Positions 12,616 through 24,502 of a DNA stretch of 64,000 nucleotides are shown here, one piece after another. The DNA comes from Felis catus (lineage: Eukaryota). The stretch lies in contig NC_058382.1 of assembly GCF_018350175.1 (NCBI RefSeq), positions 49,664,001-49,728,000 on the forward strand. Direction: 5' to 3'. Under the pieces are notes generated by a model. It was not told the DNA's origin, did not search any database, and saw only the letters and a list, made by a program, of their open reading frames with translations. Position 1 is the stretch's first letter. Every line of letters starts with the position of its first letter. Position numbers and translations under genes: made by a program.

Positions 12616-14295
12616 AGGAGCAGAGAGGCTAGAATGATAGCATCCATCTCACAGCCAGGAAGCAAGTGGCAGGAACAGACACCAGGGAACCTCTCTACCA
12701 GCCAGACACTGGCCTCTTGCCTGACATTGCCAGGGGGCAGCCAGCCTCTTGTCACTCCTCAACATGAATCATGCCAGTGCCCACCAGGGGTCTCAGGTGG
12801 GTGGCACAGCCGTTTTCCTTTCAAATGCCTCCTGCCTGGCCAGAGGGAAGAGACAGGCCTGGGGTGACAGATGGCCGTGCCAAGAAGAAGGCCAATGTCA
12901 GAGAACATCCAGGAAGTAGATCTCCAGGTGCTGTGTGAGCACTTCCCTCAGCTCAGGGAAGAGGAAGGAGCACTGTGCAGGGTCTCAGGATGACCCCAGG
13001 TGCCCTCCCATCTCTAGGCCCCAGAGCCCTTGTGGGTCAAATGTCAGAGTGAGACCAACTAATCCCTGCACAGCCCCCTGCTCTACAAGGAAGTCGCTCC
13101 TGGCTCAACCTGGCCCATCCCAACCTCTTCTCTCCTGCCACCACCCTTCATTCCGTTCTGAAGCATCTTGTAATTTCTGTGGGCCAAAGTGCCTGCGTCA
13201 GCCCCATCCAGGAAAAGACTGCCCAAATGAACGGGTGTGCTTAAAACCCAAACATGTCCGTGAATACCACATGGGCAGTCACCATTCTGGGTTCCAAGAG
13301 CAGGGCCTAAAGAGGCAGCTCGGCCTGGAAGCCTCTATGGGGCCTCACCGCTCAGAAGCACATGAAAGCAATTTTCCGAACATTTCACAGCTGCTCCAAA
13401 AATGAACTTCTCCTCCCAGCCCCACCGGCTCTGACACTGCCCAAGGTCCCAGGAGAGAACCAGGGTGATCTGACAGCCCAGCCACTAGGAGGCAGATGGT
13501 GAGACCCCTGTCCCCCTCCTGCAGAATCCCCGAGGGCTGTGGCTATAGGCAGGAGTGGGGGGCGGGACCGGGAGCTGGCAGTGGTGTGGACAGTGGACCA
13601 GAGCTTCAGGTCTTCAGAGCAGGTGTCCCTGGCAGTGCCTGTCTGTGCAAGTCGCACCCACCCCCCTGCCATACCTCTCTCGTTACACACGTGGCCCGAG
13701 TACATACTCTGTTCACTACTGCCCTGAAGACCCAGGCCCTCAAGCAGGCTTGGAAGGTCCACTTCCCTTCCGGCTAGTACCCACAGGGTCAGGGCAGGGC
13801 CCTTGGTGTGCTGGGCCAGAAAAGATCCAGAGCTTTGCAGAGGCACAGCAGGAAAGAAAGGCTTGACGGGTCTGTTCTGTCTTCTTTCTAAAGATGAGGC
13901 AGTTCCCCTCTGAACCAGAACAGGTGTGGAGAAGGGGCAGGGAGGAGAGGGGTCACATCAGCACAGTCTGGAAGCCTTACTTTTTTCATCTGTAACTCTG
14001 TATCACTGCTCTGGAGGCAGCAGGAGCTGGGGTCTCTAATTCCATAACAACAATGCTTTGCACTTACACAGCACTTCTCCAGTAATCTCCACACACTCCA
14101 TGGTGGTTAATTAAGAGGCCACTGCCCTGCCAGGAAGCCCCTACTGTCTGCTTCACCCTAAGAATGGGGTGAGAGGGGCACAGTCCCAGAAAGAAGGCCA
14201 GGTGGACAGCCGCTCCGGCCCACTGCCCCTTCCTACTGGAGGGAAAAGCCCCCAAGCCGGCAGAGAAACAATGGCTGGAAGCCACAGCTTTCCAG

Positions 14296-14309
14296 CCTGC
14301 AGATGGCGC
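14296..14309 (+). promoter_or_regulatory. Candidate CTCF site
   Basis: CCTGCAGATGGCGC closely fits the CTCF core CCASYAGRKGGCRS. Motif evidence only. Confidence 0.5.
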
Positions 14310-14849
14310 CCCTTCCGGGCAGGCCGCAGGAGGTCGGCCCCTTCCTCAGTCTGTCCATCTGTAAAGAGGGCTGGGGTCTGCACCCGAGGCCTGGTGACTG
14401 GGGGCGGCCAGGATCACTTGCCATCCTCAGGAGGCGGGGCCCAGCTGCCTCCAGATGCCGGCCTAAGTGTGGAGCCATGATGGCTGGGAGCTGCTCAAGC
14501 CGGCCTGCCGGGCCAAGGAAGTGATGGTGTCAGGCGAGCAGAGAAGCCCCCACTGCTAGGAGGGAAGAAGGGGGCCGGCCCAGCACCCAGCGAAAACTTC
14601 CCGGGAAAGTGAGTGCATCAGCCTTTCTGGAGGCAGGCACAGATCCGCATCCCGCCAGGCAGTCCTGGGGGTGGGCTGTCCCGAGAGAGATGCACACCCT
14701 GCCCCAGCCCTGGCCATCCTTGAGAGCCCAGGAGCACAACAGGGCAGCTGGCCCAGGTGGTTTCCCGGGGGCAGCAGAGACCTCCCCGCCTCACCCGGCC
14801 CAGCTACCCTGGAGCGGGGGAGGGTTCAGGGCGAGCGGCACAGAACTGT

Positions 14850-16050
14850 CCCCGCTAGGCCTGGCCATCCTGATGGGGGGCAGGGTTCGGGGCGCAGCGC
14901 CGACTCCTGCCTGGCTCGGCTGTCCCAGGGGCTTCCCGGGACCAACAAAGGCCCCTGCCAACCCAGCGGTACTGGGGGGGCTCCCGGAGGGAACAGCACA
15001 AAACCCAGACCGAGCCGACTTCTGGGCGAGAATAGAAAGAAAGGCAGGGGCAGAGAGGCCGGCTTGGGGGAGACGCCCCCACGCTAACCCCCATGCCCGG
15101 CCCAGGCAGGCCCGGGTGGGGTGACCCCCCACCCCACCCCAGCTCCGGAGCCCCCGCGGCATTAGGCCTTCAGAGGGCGGCGCGAGGTCTCAGGCCCGGC
15201 CGGGGGCAGCAGACCCGGGGTCCCGGCCGGCGATCGGTACTCACCGGCACGGACATCTTGACCGCCGTCCCCGGGGCCCGGGCAGGCAGCGGCGGCGGCA
15301 GGCTGGGGGCTCCGATCCGCCGCGCCTCTCAGAGCCCCCCCGCCACCGCCCCGAGCGGGGTCCCGGCGCTCTCGGGGCTCCCTGCGGGCTCCTGCGCGCT
15401 CCCGGCGGCCGGACGGTCCAGCGGCTTCAGTCCGCGCCGCGCATGCGCCGCCCCGCGCCGCCCCTCCCCCTCCCGTCTCCTCCCTGGGGGCCGCGTTAAA
15501 GGCGAGGACCCCGGACCGTGGCATTTTTCTGTCGGCCCAACGGGCGAGGAGGCTCGGTCTCCACCCCTTACCCATCCTTCAAGGGCCACCTCGCGTCGCA
15601 CCATCTCCTGCTCGCCCACCCGCTACTGGAGACCGGAGCCTCCTCCCCCCCACGTTGCCCAGCCCAGGATGCTGGGCGCCTGCCCGGTGGTCTGGCGGGG
15701 CTCCCAGTCCCCGTGTCTGAAGGCGATTGCAGGTCAGCCTCGCGGGGCTCCTAGAAACCCTCCCCGCTCCTCCCGCTGAAAGCCCGGAGGCGCGGGCACC
15801 CCCACGGTGCGCTGCCCAGACCTCCTCCGCCTGCTCTGCACTCCCCCTGCCCCTCCCTCGGTGACGGGGAGCTCCCGACGGCCTGGGAACAGCTTGGCGC
15901 GCTGTCGGTTCTTCCCGCAGAGCTGGACTGACCGTTAGGGAGGATCCTGCTCCCCGTAACCCCCACTCGAGGGCCACCCGCAGCCTCAGACACTGCAAGA
16001 CGGGCGGGCCCTCGCGGCCCCAGCCTTTCTTCCCCAGGGTTAAACATCCC
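14850..16050. promoter_or_regulatory. BCAR1: CpG island / distal promoter of BCAR1 (MSVP first exon)
   Basis: GC/CpG-rich block containing the MSVP exon, a palindromic NRF1-type site GCGCATGCGC (15439-15448) and GC boxes. Confidence 0.88.
15245..15256 (-). CDS. BCAR1: BCAR1 (p130Cas) alternative first coding exon, Met-Ser-Val-Pro
   Basis: Minus strand reads gtcaagATGTCCGTGCCG|gtgagt: Kozak A at -3 and a phase-0 consensus donor. It matches the recalled MSVP-NVLAKALY isoform N-terminus. Confidence 0.87.
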
Positions 16051-17909
16051 CGATTTCTTCCACATCTGACATGGTGCCCGCAAGTAGTGGGCACAGACGT
16101 GCGCGCTCTGACTTCCCACCCGCTGTCAGGTAGGCCTTGCTGGCTGTTCTCATGTCCCATCTGATCAACTGAGGTCTGAGGTCCCTCAGCCACCAGAAGT
16201 CTGACCACTCTGGTCTGCCACCCACCACATACAGCCTGTCCCTGCTCCCTGGGAGCCCTTCCTGGGCAAAGCTGCACCCAGAGAAAGCGCTCCGACTACC
16301 CAGAAGGATGAGTGAGCACCTAGACCAAGGTTCTGGGGGGCCAGGTCAGTCCGGGGAAGAAAGGGAGAACTGGTTCCAGGAGGCTGAGTGGCCGCAGATG
16401 TGGCTCATGGCCTGGCGGAGCACCTGGGCCACCGAGAAATCTGTGGGGGCAAGTGCCCAGGGCTACAGGCTCTTTTGTCTGGCAGGTGTGCAGTGCCACA
16501 AGTCCTGAGGTGGCTGAACGGAGGGAGGACGTGGGACCAGGTGAGGTGGGCTTCCTCAGAGACTCAGATTCGCCCCTAGCTCCCGAGGCTGCAAAATCCC
16601 CCATTAGCAGGGCATCCATTGGGGTTTAGGAGGCTTTCCAGGCTTCTCCCCAAGAGGTGGGGCTGCCTTCATCTAAGGAGGTTCCTGGAGAGACCACCAG
16701 CAAGGAGAGGGGTACTAGATGTGCAAGAAAGGGGGCGATCGAGGCCCTTTGCTCTGAGCCCAAGTCCCGATGCTAGGACTGAGGAGCTGGGGTTCCTTCC
16801 TGCTCCACCCAAGCAGGGTCGCCCGCCCCCTTGAATGGGGTTTGCCAATTACACACCTCGGTTTCCCCAGCCCAACGCTGGGCAAGGCATTGCTGGAGGG
16901 AGCATGCGGGGCCATGGCAAGCAGAGAGGGGTCTGGGCCGACAGCTGCCACCTCCTCAAAGGGCGCTCTGTGTGCGCCTGGCAGGGAGCCCTGCCCGTGC
17001 CCACCCGCCAGCATCCAGCTGGCACTGGGGCTCCTGAGCTGGGAGCAGCAGCTCAGCCTGGTGCTTGGGCTCCCAGCCACACGTGCCCGCTGTCTGAGCA
17101 CCCCCTCCCCCCGCCCTGCCTCCCTGGCTCCCCCCTCACTGAGCCTTCCTCCTTGAGCCCAGGCTCCCCCTCCTTCCTCCTCTCCCACTCCCACTCTCCT
17201 TCTTACCACCCGCTCTGTGTCCTGTCCACTCAGCCCTTTCTCTAGCTGCCCAGGCCAGAACTGGGTGAGCAGTGGGGAAAGACCCCCTCAATACCCCTGA
17301 GTATGGGGAAATGGAAACCCAGGGGAGGGGGTGCAGCTGGGATCATGACCTCCAAACCATCTAGTCCGTGCCTCTAGCTGGCCCGCAACAATGGCTTACA
17401 GCTGCTTGCTCAGGGAGGGAGCCACTAACTTATCCCTGAGCACAGGACAAGGGATCCCTGGCCAGACCCTCACTTACTCCAAGGCAGGGACCCAGCACCT
17501 TGGGTTATGGTATTGCCTCCCTCACTGCATCTCCCCCCACCCCGATTCCCCAGCAGGAAAACGATCCCAGGATAACTCAGTGCTGCAGAGCACAGGCTCC
17601 GGGGGCCTCCTGACTAGCAGTTCACACCAGAAGCAACAGCTGGGCTGCCTGAGCAGTTGCCAGAACCCCGAGAGGATCCCTGGGGGCTGACCAGGGCCCC
17701 AGGGAGACAGGGGTTATTGTTGTTCCTGAGGCTGGGAGGGAAGGGAATTTGGACATGGCCACAGAGTAAATCTGGGCATAGATAAGCTTCATACCCAGCT
17801 TTCTGGACACCCAGGCCTCTGTCCCCAAGGTGGTTCCTTCTCCCCACCCCCACTCAGGGTGACCAGGGACCTCTCTAACAGGAGAGCACAGTGAGCCTCT
17901 GCGGGCACT

Positions 17910-18570
17910 TGTGCTTTGGTCGCCACTGATGAACTAACATTGATACGTCCTTATTCGCTAATATTCACCCTCAGTTCAGACTGCTTTAGTCCTTCCCTTC
18001 CCTTAGTACTGTCCCTTTCCTTTTTCTGTTCCAGACCCCATTGAGAATCCCGCATTACGTCTTGTTGTCAGGTCTCCTGAGACTCCTCTGGGCTGTGGCC
18101 ATTTCTCAGACTTGCCTTGCTTTTGATGACCTTGCTGGTTTTGATGAGTATTGGTCAAGGATTTCATGGAATGTCCCTCAACTGGGACTTGCTGGGTGTT
18201 TTTCTCAGGGTTAGACCGGGGGTATGGATTTTTAGGAAGACCTCAGTGGTAAAATGCCATTTTCACCACGTGGTATCAAGGACATATACCATCAGTAGGA
18301 CTGAACACTGTTGATGTTGACCTTGATCACGTGGCTGTTAGAATGTTTGTCAGGTTTTCTCCCTGCTTTCTATTCCCTAAAAACATTTGGAATTCTTCTG
18401 TATAGGAAATTTATCTCTTTTTCATTTATTGACTTATGCATTTATTTATATCAGTGTGAACTCGTGGCTATTTATTTTATACCTTGGCATGATTATAATC
18501 AATACAAAGAAAATATTTTCTTGTGTGTATTGATCTTGCTTTGGTTATTGGGAGTTCTTCCAGTTGGTGC
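17910..18570 (-). mobile_element. Old L1 (L1MC-like) 3' fragment
   Basis: Motifs ttgtcaggtctcctgagactcctctggg and tttctcagacttgccttgcttttgatgaccttg resemble antisense L1MC 3' UTR (recalled). Confidence 0.75.
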
Positions 18571-18623
18571 ATCAGATTTTTCAGGAAAATCCAGAAATCC
18601 AGATTGTTTTTATAAAAAGTCTT

Positions 18624-18821
18624 GGGGTGCCTGGGTGGCTCAGTCGGTTGAGCTTCCGACCGGCTCAGGTCATGATCTCACGGTCTGTGAGTTCGAGCCC
18701 CGCGTCGGGCTCTGTGCTGACAGCTCAGAGCCTGGAGCCTGTTTCAGAGTCTGTGTCTCCCTCTCTCTCTGACCCTCCCCCGTTCATGCTCTCTCTCTGT
18801 CTCAAAAATAAATAAACTTTT

Positions 18822-18852
<31 letters not shown>

Positions 18853-18853
18853 A
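18624..18853 (+). mobile_element. Can-SINE (SINEC_Fc)
   Basis: Full-length, low-divergence head, CT tract and A tail. Confidence 0.96.
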
Positions 18854-18919
18854 TGTCTGGGTTTTGAAACATTGGGTAAGCCAAATGAAATGCTTCCACA
18901 GGCCGACTCCAGGCAGCTC

Positions 18920-19110
18920 CTGGCTCTGGAGTCAGATTACTTGGTTTGAATCCTGCTCTGCTGCTTGCACTTGAATCATTTTGTGCATGTGAGTTAAACC
19001 TGCCTGGGGCTCAGTTTCCTCATCTATGAAATGGGACGATAATATTTCCTGGATGGTTGAGAGGATTTAGTCGAATGACTCCGGTAAAGTTTGGGGCACT
19101 TGACCTGGCA
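18920..19110 (+). mobile_element. MIR
   Basis: ctctggagtcagattacttggtttgaatcctgc...ctcagtttcctcatctatgaaatggg core motif. Confidence 0.8.
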
Positions 19111-19295
19111 CAAAAGCCTTGCTTTTTAAATAGCAGGGACCATCATTGCCACATGCATGAGCCAGGCGTGGGTAAGCAGTTCCCTATGGAGAGTAAGAAC
19201 TGAGCTTGTTTGGAGATCTAGAAGGAGATTTTAGGGTTGGGAGTGGCTAATGGGACCCTGTGAGCTCTGGAGTGGATGAGAACACGAACTACCTT

Positions 19296-19506
19296 GGGGC
19301 ACCTGGGTGGCTCAGTCGGTTAAGCGTCCAACTTCATCTCAGGTCATGATCTCCCAGTTGGTGAGTTCGAGCCCACATCAGGCTCTGTGTTGACAGCTTC
19401 AAACCTGGAGCCTGCTTCAGATTCTGTGTCTCCCTCTCTCTCTCTGCCCCTCCCCTGCTCCTGCTCCATCTCTCTCTCTCTCAAAAATAAATAATAAACC
19501 ATTTAT

Positions 19507-19566
<60 letters not shown>

Positions 19567-19582
19567 AGAAAGAAAAGAAAAG
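19296..19582 (+). mobile_element. Can-SINE whose tail has expanded into a (GAAA)n microsatellite (about 19508-19567)
   Basis: SINEC head and body followed by about 14 GAAA units. Confidence 0.95.
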
Positions 19583-19992
19583 ACAGGTGGGGAAGTACCC
19601 AGCTAGATGTTCTGTCTTACTCTAAAGTGTGAATGACTGCCTCTCTCAGGGAAGGCAAGTCAGACTGGCACAGAAAGAGATGTTTGGCTTAGAGAAGTGG
19701 ATGGGGAGCCCACTGACCTTGGGGTTCGGTCCTGGAACCACTTCAAACTTATCCTGTAACCGTAAGCCCAGAGTGGGTAATTTCACAGTCTGGTCAAGGA
19801 TGGGTCCTAGGGGCTAGGGCAAAGCACTTCCTCATCTGTCCCACATTCACAAAACCTTGGGTATGCTCTGCCTCAGAGGCATCTGGTTAGGAGAGGAGGT
19901 AACGTTCAGCTCATCACGCTACTGGGTGCAGAGGAAGACCATCATGCCCTAGACAGTGGGGTTTCAGGGTCTGATGGCAAGAGAGAGATAGA

Positions 19993-20410
19993 TGTATTAG
20001 TTTCTTATGGATGCTGTAACAAATTACTACAAACTCGGTGGCTTAAAACAACATGAACTTATTATCGTACAATTCTGGAGGTTCAGAGTCCAAAATGGGT
20101 TGGCAGGTCTACATTCCTTCCGGAGGCTCTAGGGGAGGATACCTTCCCTTGACTTTTTCAGCTACTAGAGACTGCCTACATCCCTTGGCTTGGAGCCCCA
20201 CATCACTGCGACCTCTGCTTATGTCATTACATCTTCTCTGACTCTGGCCTTCCCGACTCCCTCTTACAAGAACCTCGTGATTACCATGGGCCCACTCGGG
20301 TAATCCAAGATAGCCTCCCCAGTTTAAGACCATCGATTTCATCATAGCTGCGAAGCACCTTCTGCCTTACAATGTAACCTAATCATAGATGCCAGGGATT
20401 CAGATGTGTG
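19993..20410 (-). mobile_element. MaLR LTR (MLT1, probably MLT1D)
   Basis: tgtattagtttc...gctgtaacaaattactacaaactcggtggcttaaaacaac is the characteristic reverse-complemented MLT1 terminus; internal ccttccggaggctctagggga. Confidence 0.88.
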
Positions 20411-20880
20411 TGGCGGGGGAACCCCTGGGCCCCCCAACTGCCCCCCATCTGGTCCCCATGGCCTGAATGCTGGCGATGGTCGAGTCAGGCCGGGGCAAGA
20501 ATCCTCTTACTCAGCTCAAGTGGCATCTCTTGTTGTTTGTGGGAATAGCTGTAAATGACATAGGGCTCCAGCATGCTGTCTGGCAAGATGAGGCAAAAAA
20601 CTCTTAAGGGGCAGGGACCCTTGGACCCAGAAATTCTAGGAATTTATCTTAAAAAATGCACTCAGAGAGTAGCCAAAGATATACATGCAAGGATATAACT
20701 TGCAGTTTCCCTTATTATCAGGAAAACAGAGGAACAACTTACATGTTCAACAATGGGCAGCAGTTAAACATATCATGGAATATTCGCATGATAGAATCCA
20801 ATCCCGGGCATCACCATAAATGATAGAGTGACATGGAAATATGTTTGTAATACTCTGTTTTGTTTTGTTTTAAAGATTTA

Positions 20881-21095
20881 ATTTTAAAAATTTTTTTTAA
20901 TGTTTATTTTTGAGACAGAGAGAGACAGAGCATGAACGGGAGGGTCAGAGAGAGAGGGAGACACAGAATCTGAAACAGGATCCAGGCTCTGAGCTGTCAG
21001 CACAGAGCCTGGCGCGGGGCTCGAACTCACGGACCGTGAGATCATGTCCTGAGCCGAGGTCGGACGCTCAACCGACTGAGCCGCGCAGGCGCCCC
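20881..21095 (-). mobile_element. Can-SINE (SINEC_Fc) inserted into the tail of an older short SINE (21096-21200, minus)
   Basis: Antisense SINE ending ...caggcgcccc; aaagattt repeat on both sides; a second antisense tRNA-like SINE follows immediately. Confidence 0.93.
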
Positions 21096-21632
21096 AAAGA
21101 TTTTATTTTTGAGTAAACTCTATACCCAACGTGGAACTCAAACTCCCCACCCCGAGGTCAAGAGCCATGTGTACCACCAACTGAACCAGCCAGGCACCCC
21201 TACAATATGCCGTAAAGTGAAAAATAGGCTTCCAAATAAGTATGGGCAGATCCTATTTTCATAAAAATTCATGTATTTATATTTATGTCATATATTTGCA
21301 TTGGGAAAAACGTGGAAGCTTAGATAGTACAGTATCAGCTGTGATCATCTTGGGGTGGGGGCGAGATTTTGATCACTACATGTAATGTTTAGGAAGGCCC
21401 TGCTGGGTGGTTTGCACATAGGGCCTACTGTGCTGGTTAATAAATAGGGCTTTTTCTGTCTTTACGGAGCAGAATTTCACAGGAGACTCATTTGTTTGTT
21501 TTTGGAGGAGGAAATGGGGTTTTGGTGTAACGAAAATTATTTTCTCTACTTTCCAATGTTTTTCAAATGAGCATTCATTACTTGTGCATTTTTTTTTTCC
21601 CAGTAGACACCTTTTACAATTGTAGTAAAATA

Positions 21633-21773
21633 GGGACGCCTGGGTGGCTCAGTTGATTAAGTGTCTGACTTCAGCTCAGGTCATGATCTCACAGGTCATG
21701 AGTTTGAGCCCTGCCTTAGGCTCTCTGCTGTCAGCAGAGAACCCACTTCAGATCCTCTGTCCCTCTCCTGCTG

Positions 21774-21816
<43 letters not shown>

Positions 21817-21835
21817 ATAAATACAGAAACTTAAA
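21633..21835 (+). mobile_element. Can-SINE with expanded (CT)n
   Basis: SINEC head and a long CT run at about 21777-21813. Confidence 0.94.
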
Positions 21836-21849
21836 TAATTTGTTTTAAT

Positions 21850-22110
21850 TATGGTCAAACATACATAACATGAAATGAACTTATTATTGTACAATTCTGG
21901 ATATTGAAAGTCCAAAATGGGTTGGCCACTTTTACCATTTTAACATGAAGTTCATTCACAATGTCGGTGCAACAATCACTGTTCTCCATTTCTAGAACTT
22001 TCTCCTCCTCCCAAACAGAACCACCCCCTACTCCCCCTTTCCCCAGCCCCTGGCAACCACCAGCCAGCATTCTACCTTTGGTGTTTATGAGTGTGCCTGT
22101 TCTTGGGCAA
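21850..22110 (-). mobile_element. L1M 3'-end fragment carrying a 52-bp foreign insert
   Basis: catacataacatgaaa...tttaccattttaa...cccagcccctggcaaccacc matches the antisense L1 3' end (recalled). Confidence 0.82.
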
Positions 22111-24291
22111 TTTTCTTTTCTTTTCTTTTCTTTTTTTTTTAAGAACAGCTTATGAGGGCAAAATGTAATTGCCAAGTCCTAGGAAGTGCAAGCCACCCTG
22201 TGTGGGTTCCCACAGACACTCTGGGGCCTGACACCCCCAGGGACAGACACCAAGTGAGGCTGGGGAGGAGAGGAAACCAAACAGGAAGCAGAATAAGCCC
22301 CCCTCCTCCCCAGGCCCGGCCACCGCCATCTCCCCTCCCCCCCCCCAAAGGTAGGAGGTGGAGGGGAAGGGACTTGCCAAGGGCCCAAGGGCCCCCTGAA
22401 TGGCCCCCTGAGCCAGGCAGAGCAGCAGGCTCCCGCCTCAGCACCGAGGGCCCTGGCCTCTGGCCTCCCCGGTCTTCGGTCTTCGAGAATGTTTGTAAAC
22501 ACCCAGAGCCGAGCCCCTTCCAGGAACAGGCCTGTATTCTCGGTGACTGTGGCAAGTGGAATTTCACTCTCCACTGGAAACAATCCCCGGGGCATTGTGT
22601 TTCTGAATCCTGGGATGAAGCCTCCCCGCTGAATAGTATACATTCCCTAAATTATTAAAGAGCCCCAAAGAGCTGTTGCCACATTGAGGTCACCAGTGCG
22701 AGTCCCCAGAGCAGCAGGTAGGTTTTCAGCGAGGCAGGGGCGCCAGGGCCCCCACTCCCATCAGCTGTTCCCCTGCCAGGAGGCCAAGGGTCTGCCCCAG
22801 GGGCGCTGGGAAAGTCTGCCTGCTCCCCGGGAGTGAGGCTGACCCTTGTGGAAACAGGAAGGAGCTCACGGCAGGGAGTGAGGTCTGCACTTTGGCAAGA
22901 ACCCAGCCTCCCTGGCACCTTTGGCCTCGAGTGGCAGGGCAGGGCGGCCGGCGCGGCCGGGTGCCAGGCTGGCCTGGTTTCTGGTCCTGCCTTGTGAACT
23001 TTGGCACCGTATTTACACTCTAAGCACGTTTTCATCCCCTCTGTTAAATGGGGCTGAATAACGCAGCAAAGCAGCCTGCAACTACAGCCCCCCTCTATTT
23101 CATCCTATGCCCCCCAAGGGTTGTGCGGTGCGGTGGCCCGGTTCAAATGTCCTGGGAGCACTGGGATATAGGGTGTATCAGGGCCGCTGTGGCACCCAAC
23201 AAGGAAGCGTCTGCTAAATGCGGCTGTCAGAATCCCTGACTTGTCTCTCCACCCACCACCCCCCAGCCTGCGTCTCCTGGCCCCGGAGTTTTCTCCTGCT
23301 CCCCCAAGGCAGCGGTCGCCCCACAAGTCCTGAAGGCCTTGCATTTACAGATGGGGCCAAGCAGAAGGGAGGCTAATAAAGATGCTGGATGCTGAGGAAA
23401 AAAACAAAAAAGATGTTGGAAGCTGGTGCAAATTTTGGCCTCCGGGAGAACTTCCAGCAAGGGCGAGTTCTTTATACAGGCTGTTGGGCTCAATGTTTGA
23501 TGGGAGGAATGTCTGGTGGAAGGTTCCAGAAAGATAAGTCCCCACATCACCTGCACGACAGACCTTCTGAGTCAGGTGGAGGAATACTTACTGAGGGACC
23601 TGCCAGGCTGGACCTGGAGACATGGAGACAGACCCAGGTGGAGAAGTAGGATTGGGCTCCGCTCTCCTGGCCTGCCTGGGGAGGCACAGGCTTCCTGGAG
23701 GAGGAAGCACTCAAACAGGAGCTTGAAGGATGAGCAAGGGTTTGTGGAGGGCCTCTGTGGGCAACAAAGCCAGTGTAGACAGGGGCTCCCCTCCAGGGTC
23801 CAGCAGGCTGAGCCCCATCTGTTCCTGGGGACAAAGTGAGGTTTCTGGAAGCTGAGCCCCAGTGGGGAGGCCTGCATTCGAACCCTGGCTCTGCCGTGTT
23901 CTTATGGCCCACCTGGGCCATTTGTCCCTCTTGAGACCTCAGTGTCTTCCTCTGGCCAATGGGGCAATTGCATGGGGGCTCAGAGAGAGTGTTGGGGACA
24001 CCTGGGTCCAGCCATTTGGGGGGGTCCACTTCTGTTTCCTTAGAGTAATGTGTCTTACTCCCTTGTTTAACAACCTCTCAGGGTATTTTAAGGTATCGGG
24101 CCCAGACTCCTCCTGGGCCCCTGCATCCTGGTGGAAACCTGGACATGGGAGGAAGGGAGTCCTGTGTGACAGCCACCTATGCAAAAATATTGATTGATAT
24201 TTGCAAGACATCGTAGGGGTTGTGATTTCCTAGAAGCAGAGCCTGAGACAGGGATTCTCTGAAAGCAGTTTTTTTTTCCCAAAGATATTTT

Positions 24292-24502
24292 TCTTTTTTT
24301 AATGTTTGTTTGTTTGTTTGTTTACTTATTTATTTTTGAAAGAGAGAGAGAGAGAGAGGAGCAAAGAGAGAGAAAATCTGAAGCAGGCTCTGCAATGTCA
24401 GCCCAAAGCCCGATGTGAGGCTCGAACTCATGAACCTTGAGATCGTGACCTGAGCGAAAACCGAGAGTAGAACCTTTAGCCGACAGAACCACTCAGGCGC
24501 CC
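24292..24502 (-). mobile_element. Can-SINE
   Basis: Antisense SINEC ending actcaggcgccc. Confidence 0.93.

Noticed and set aside
14150..14230. Another possible BCAR1 alternative first exon ending ...ctt agg|gtgaag
   Set aside because: Only a two-to-three-residue resemblance to a recalled human N-terminus and a weak donor; not supportable.
15093..16277. 228-aa and 232-aa ORFs in the distal CpG island
   Set aside because: Same GC artefact; low-complexity composition and no homology recognised.
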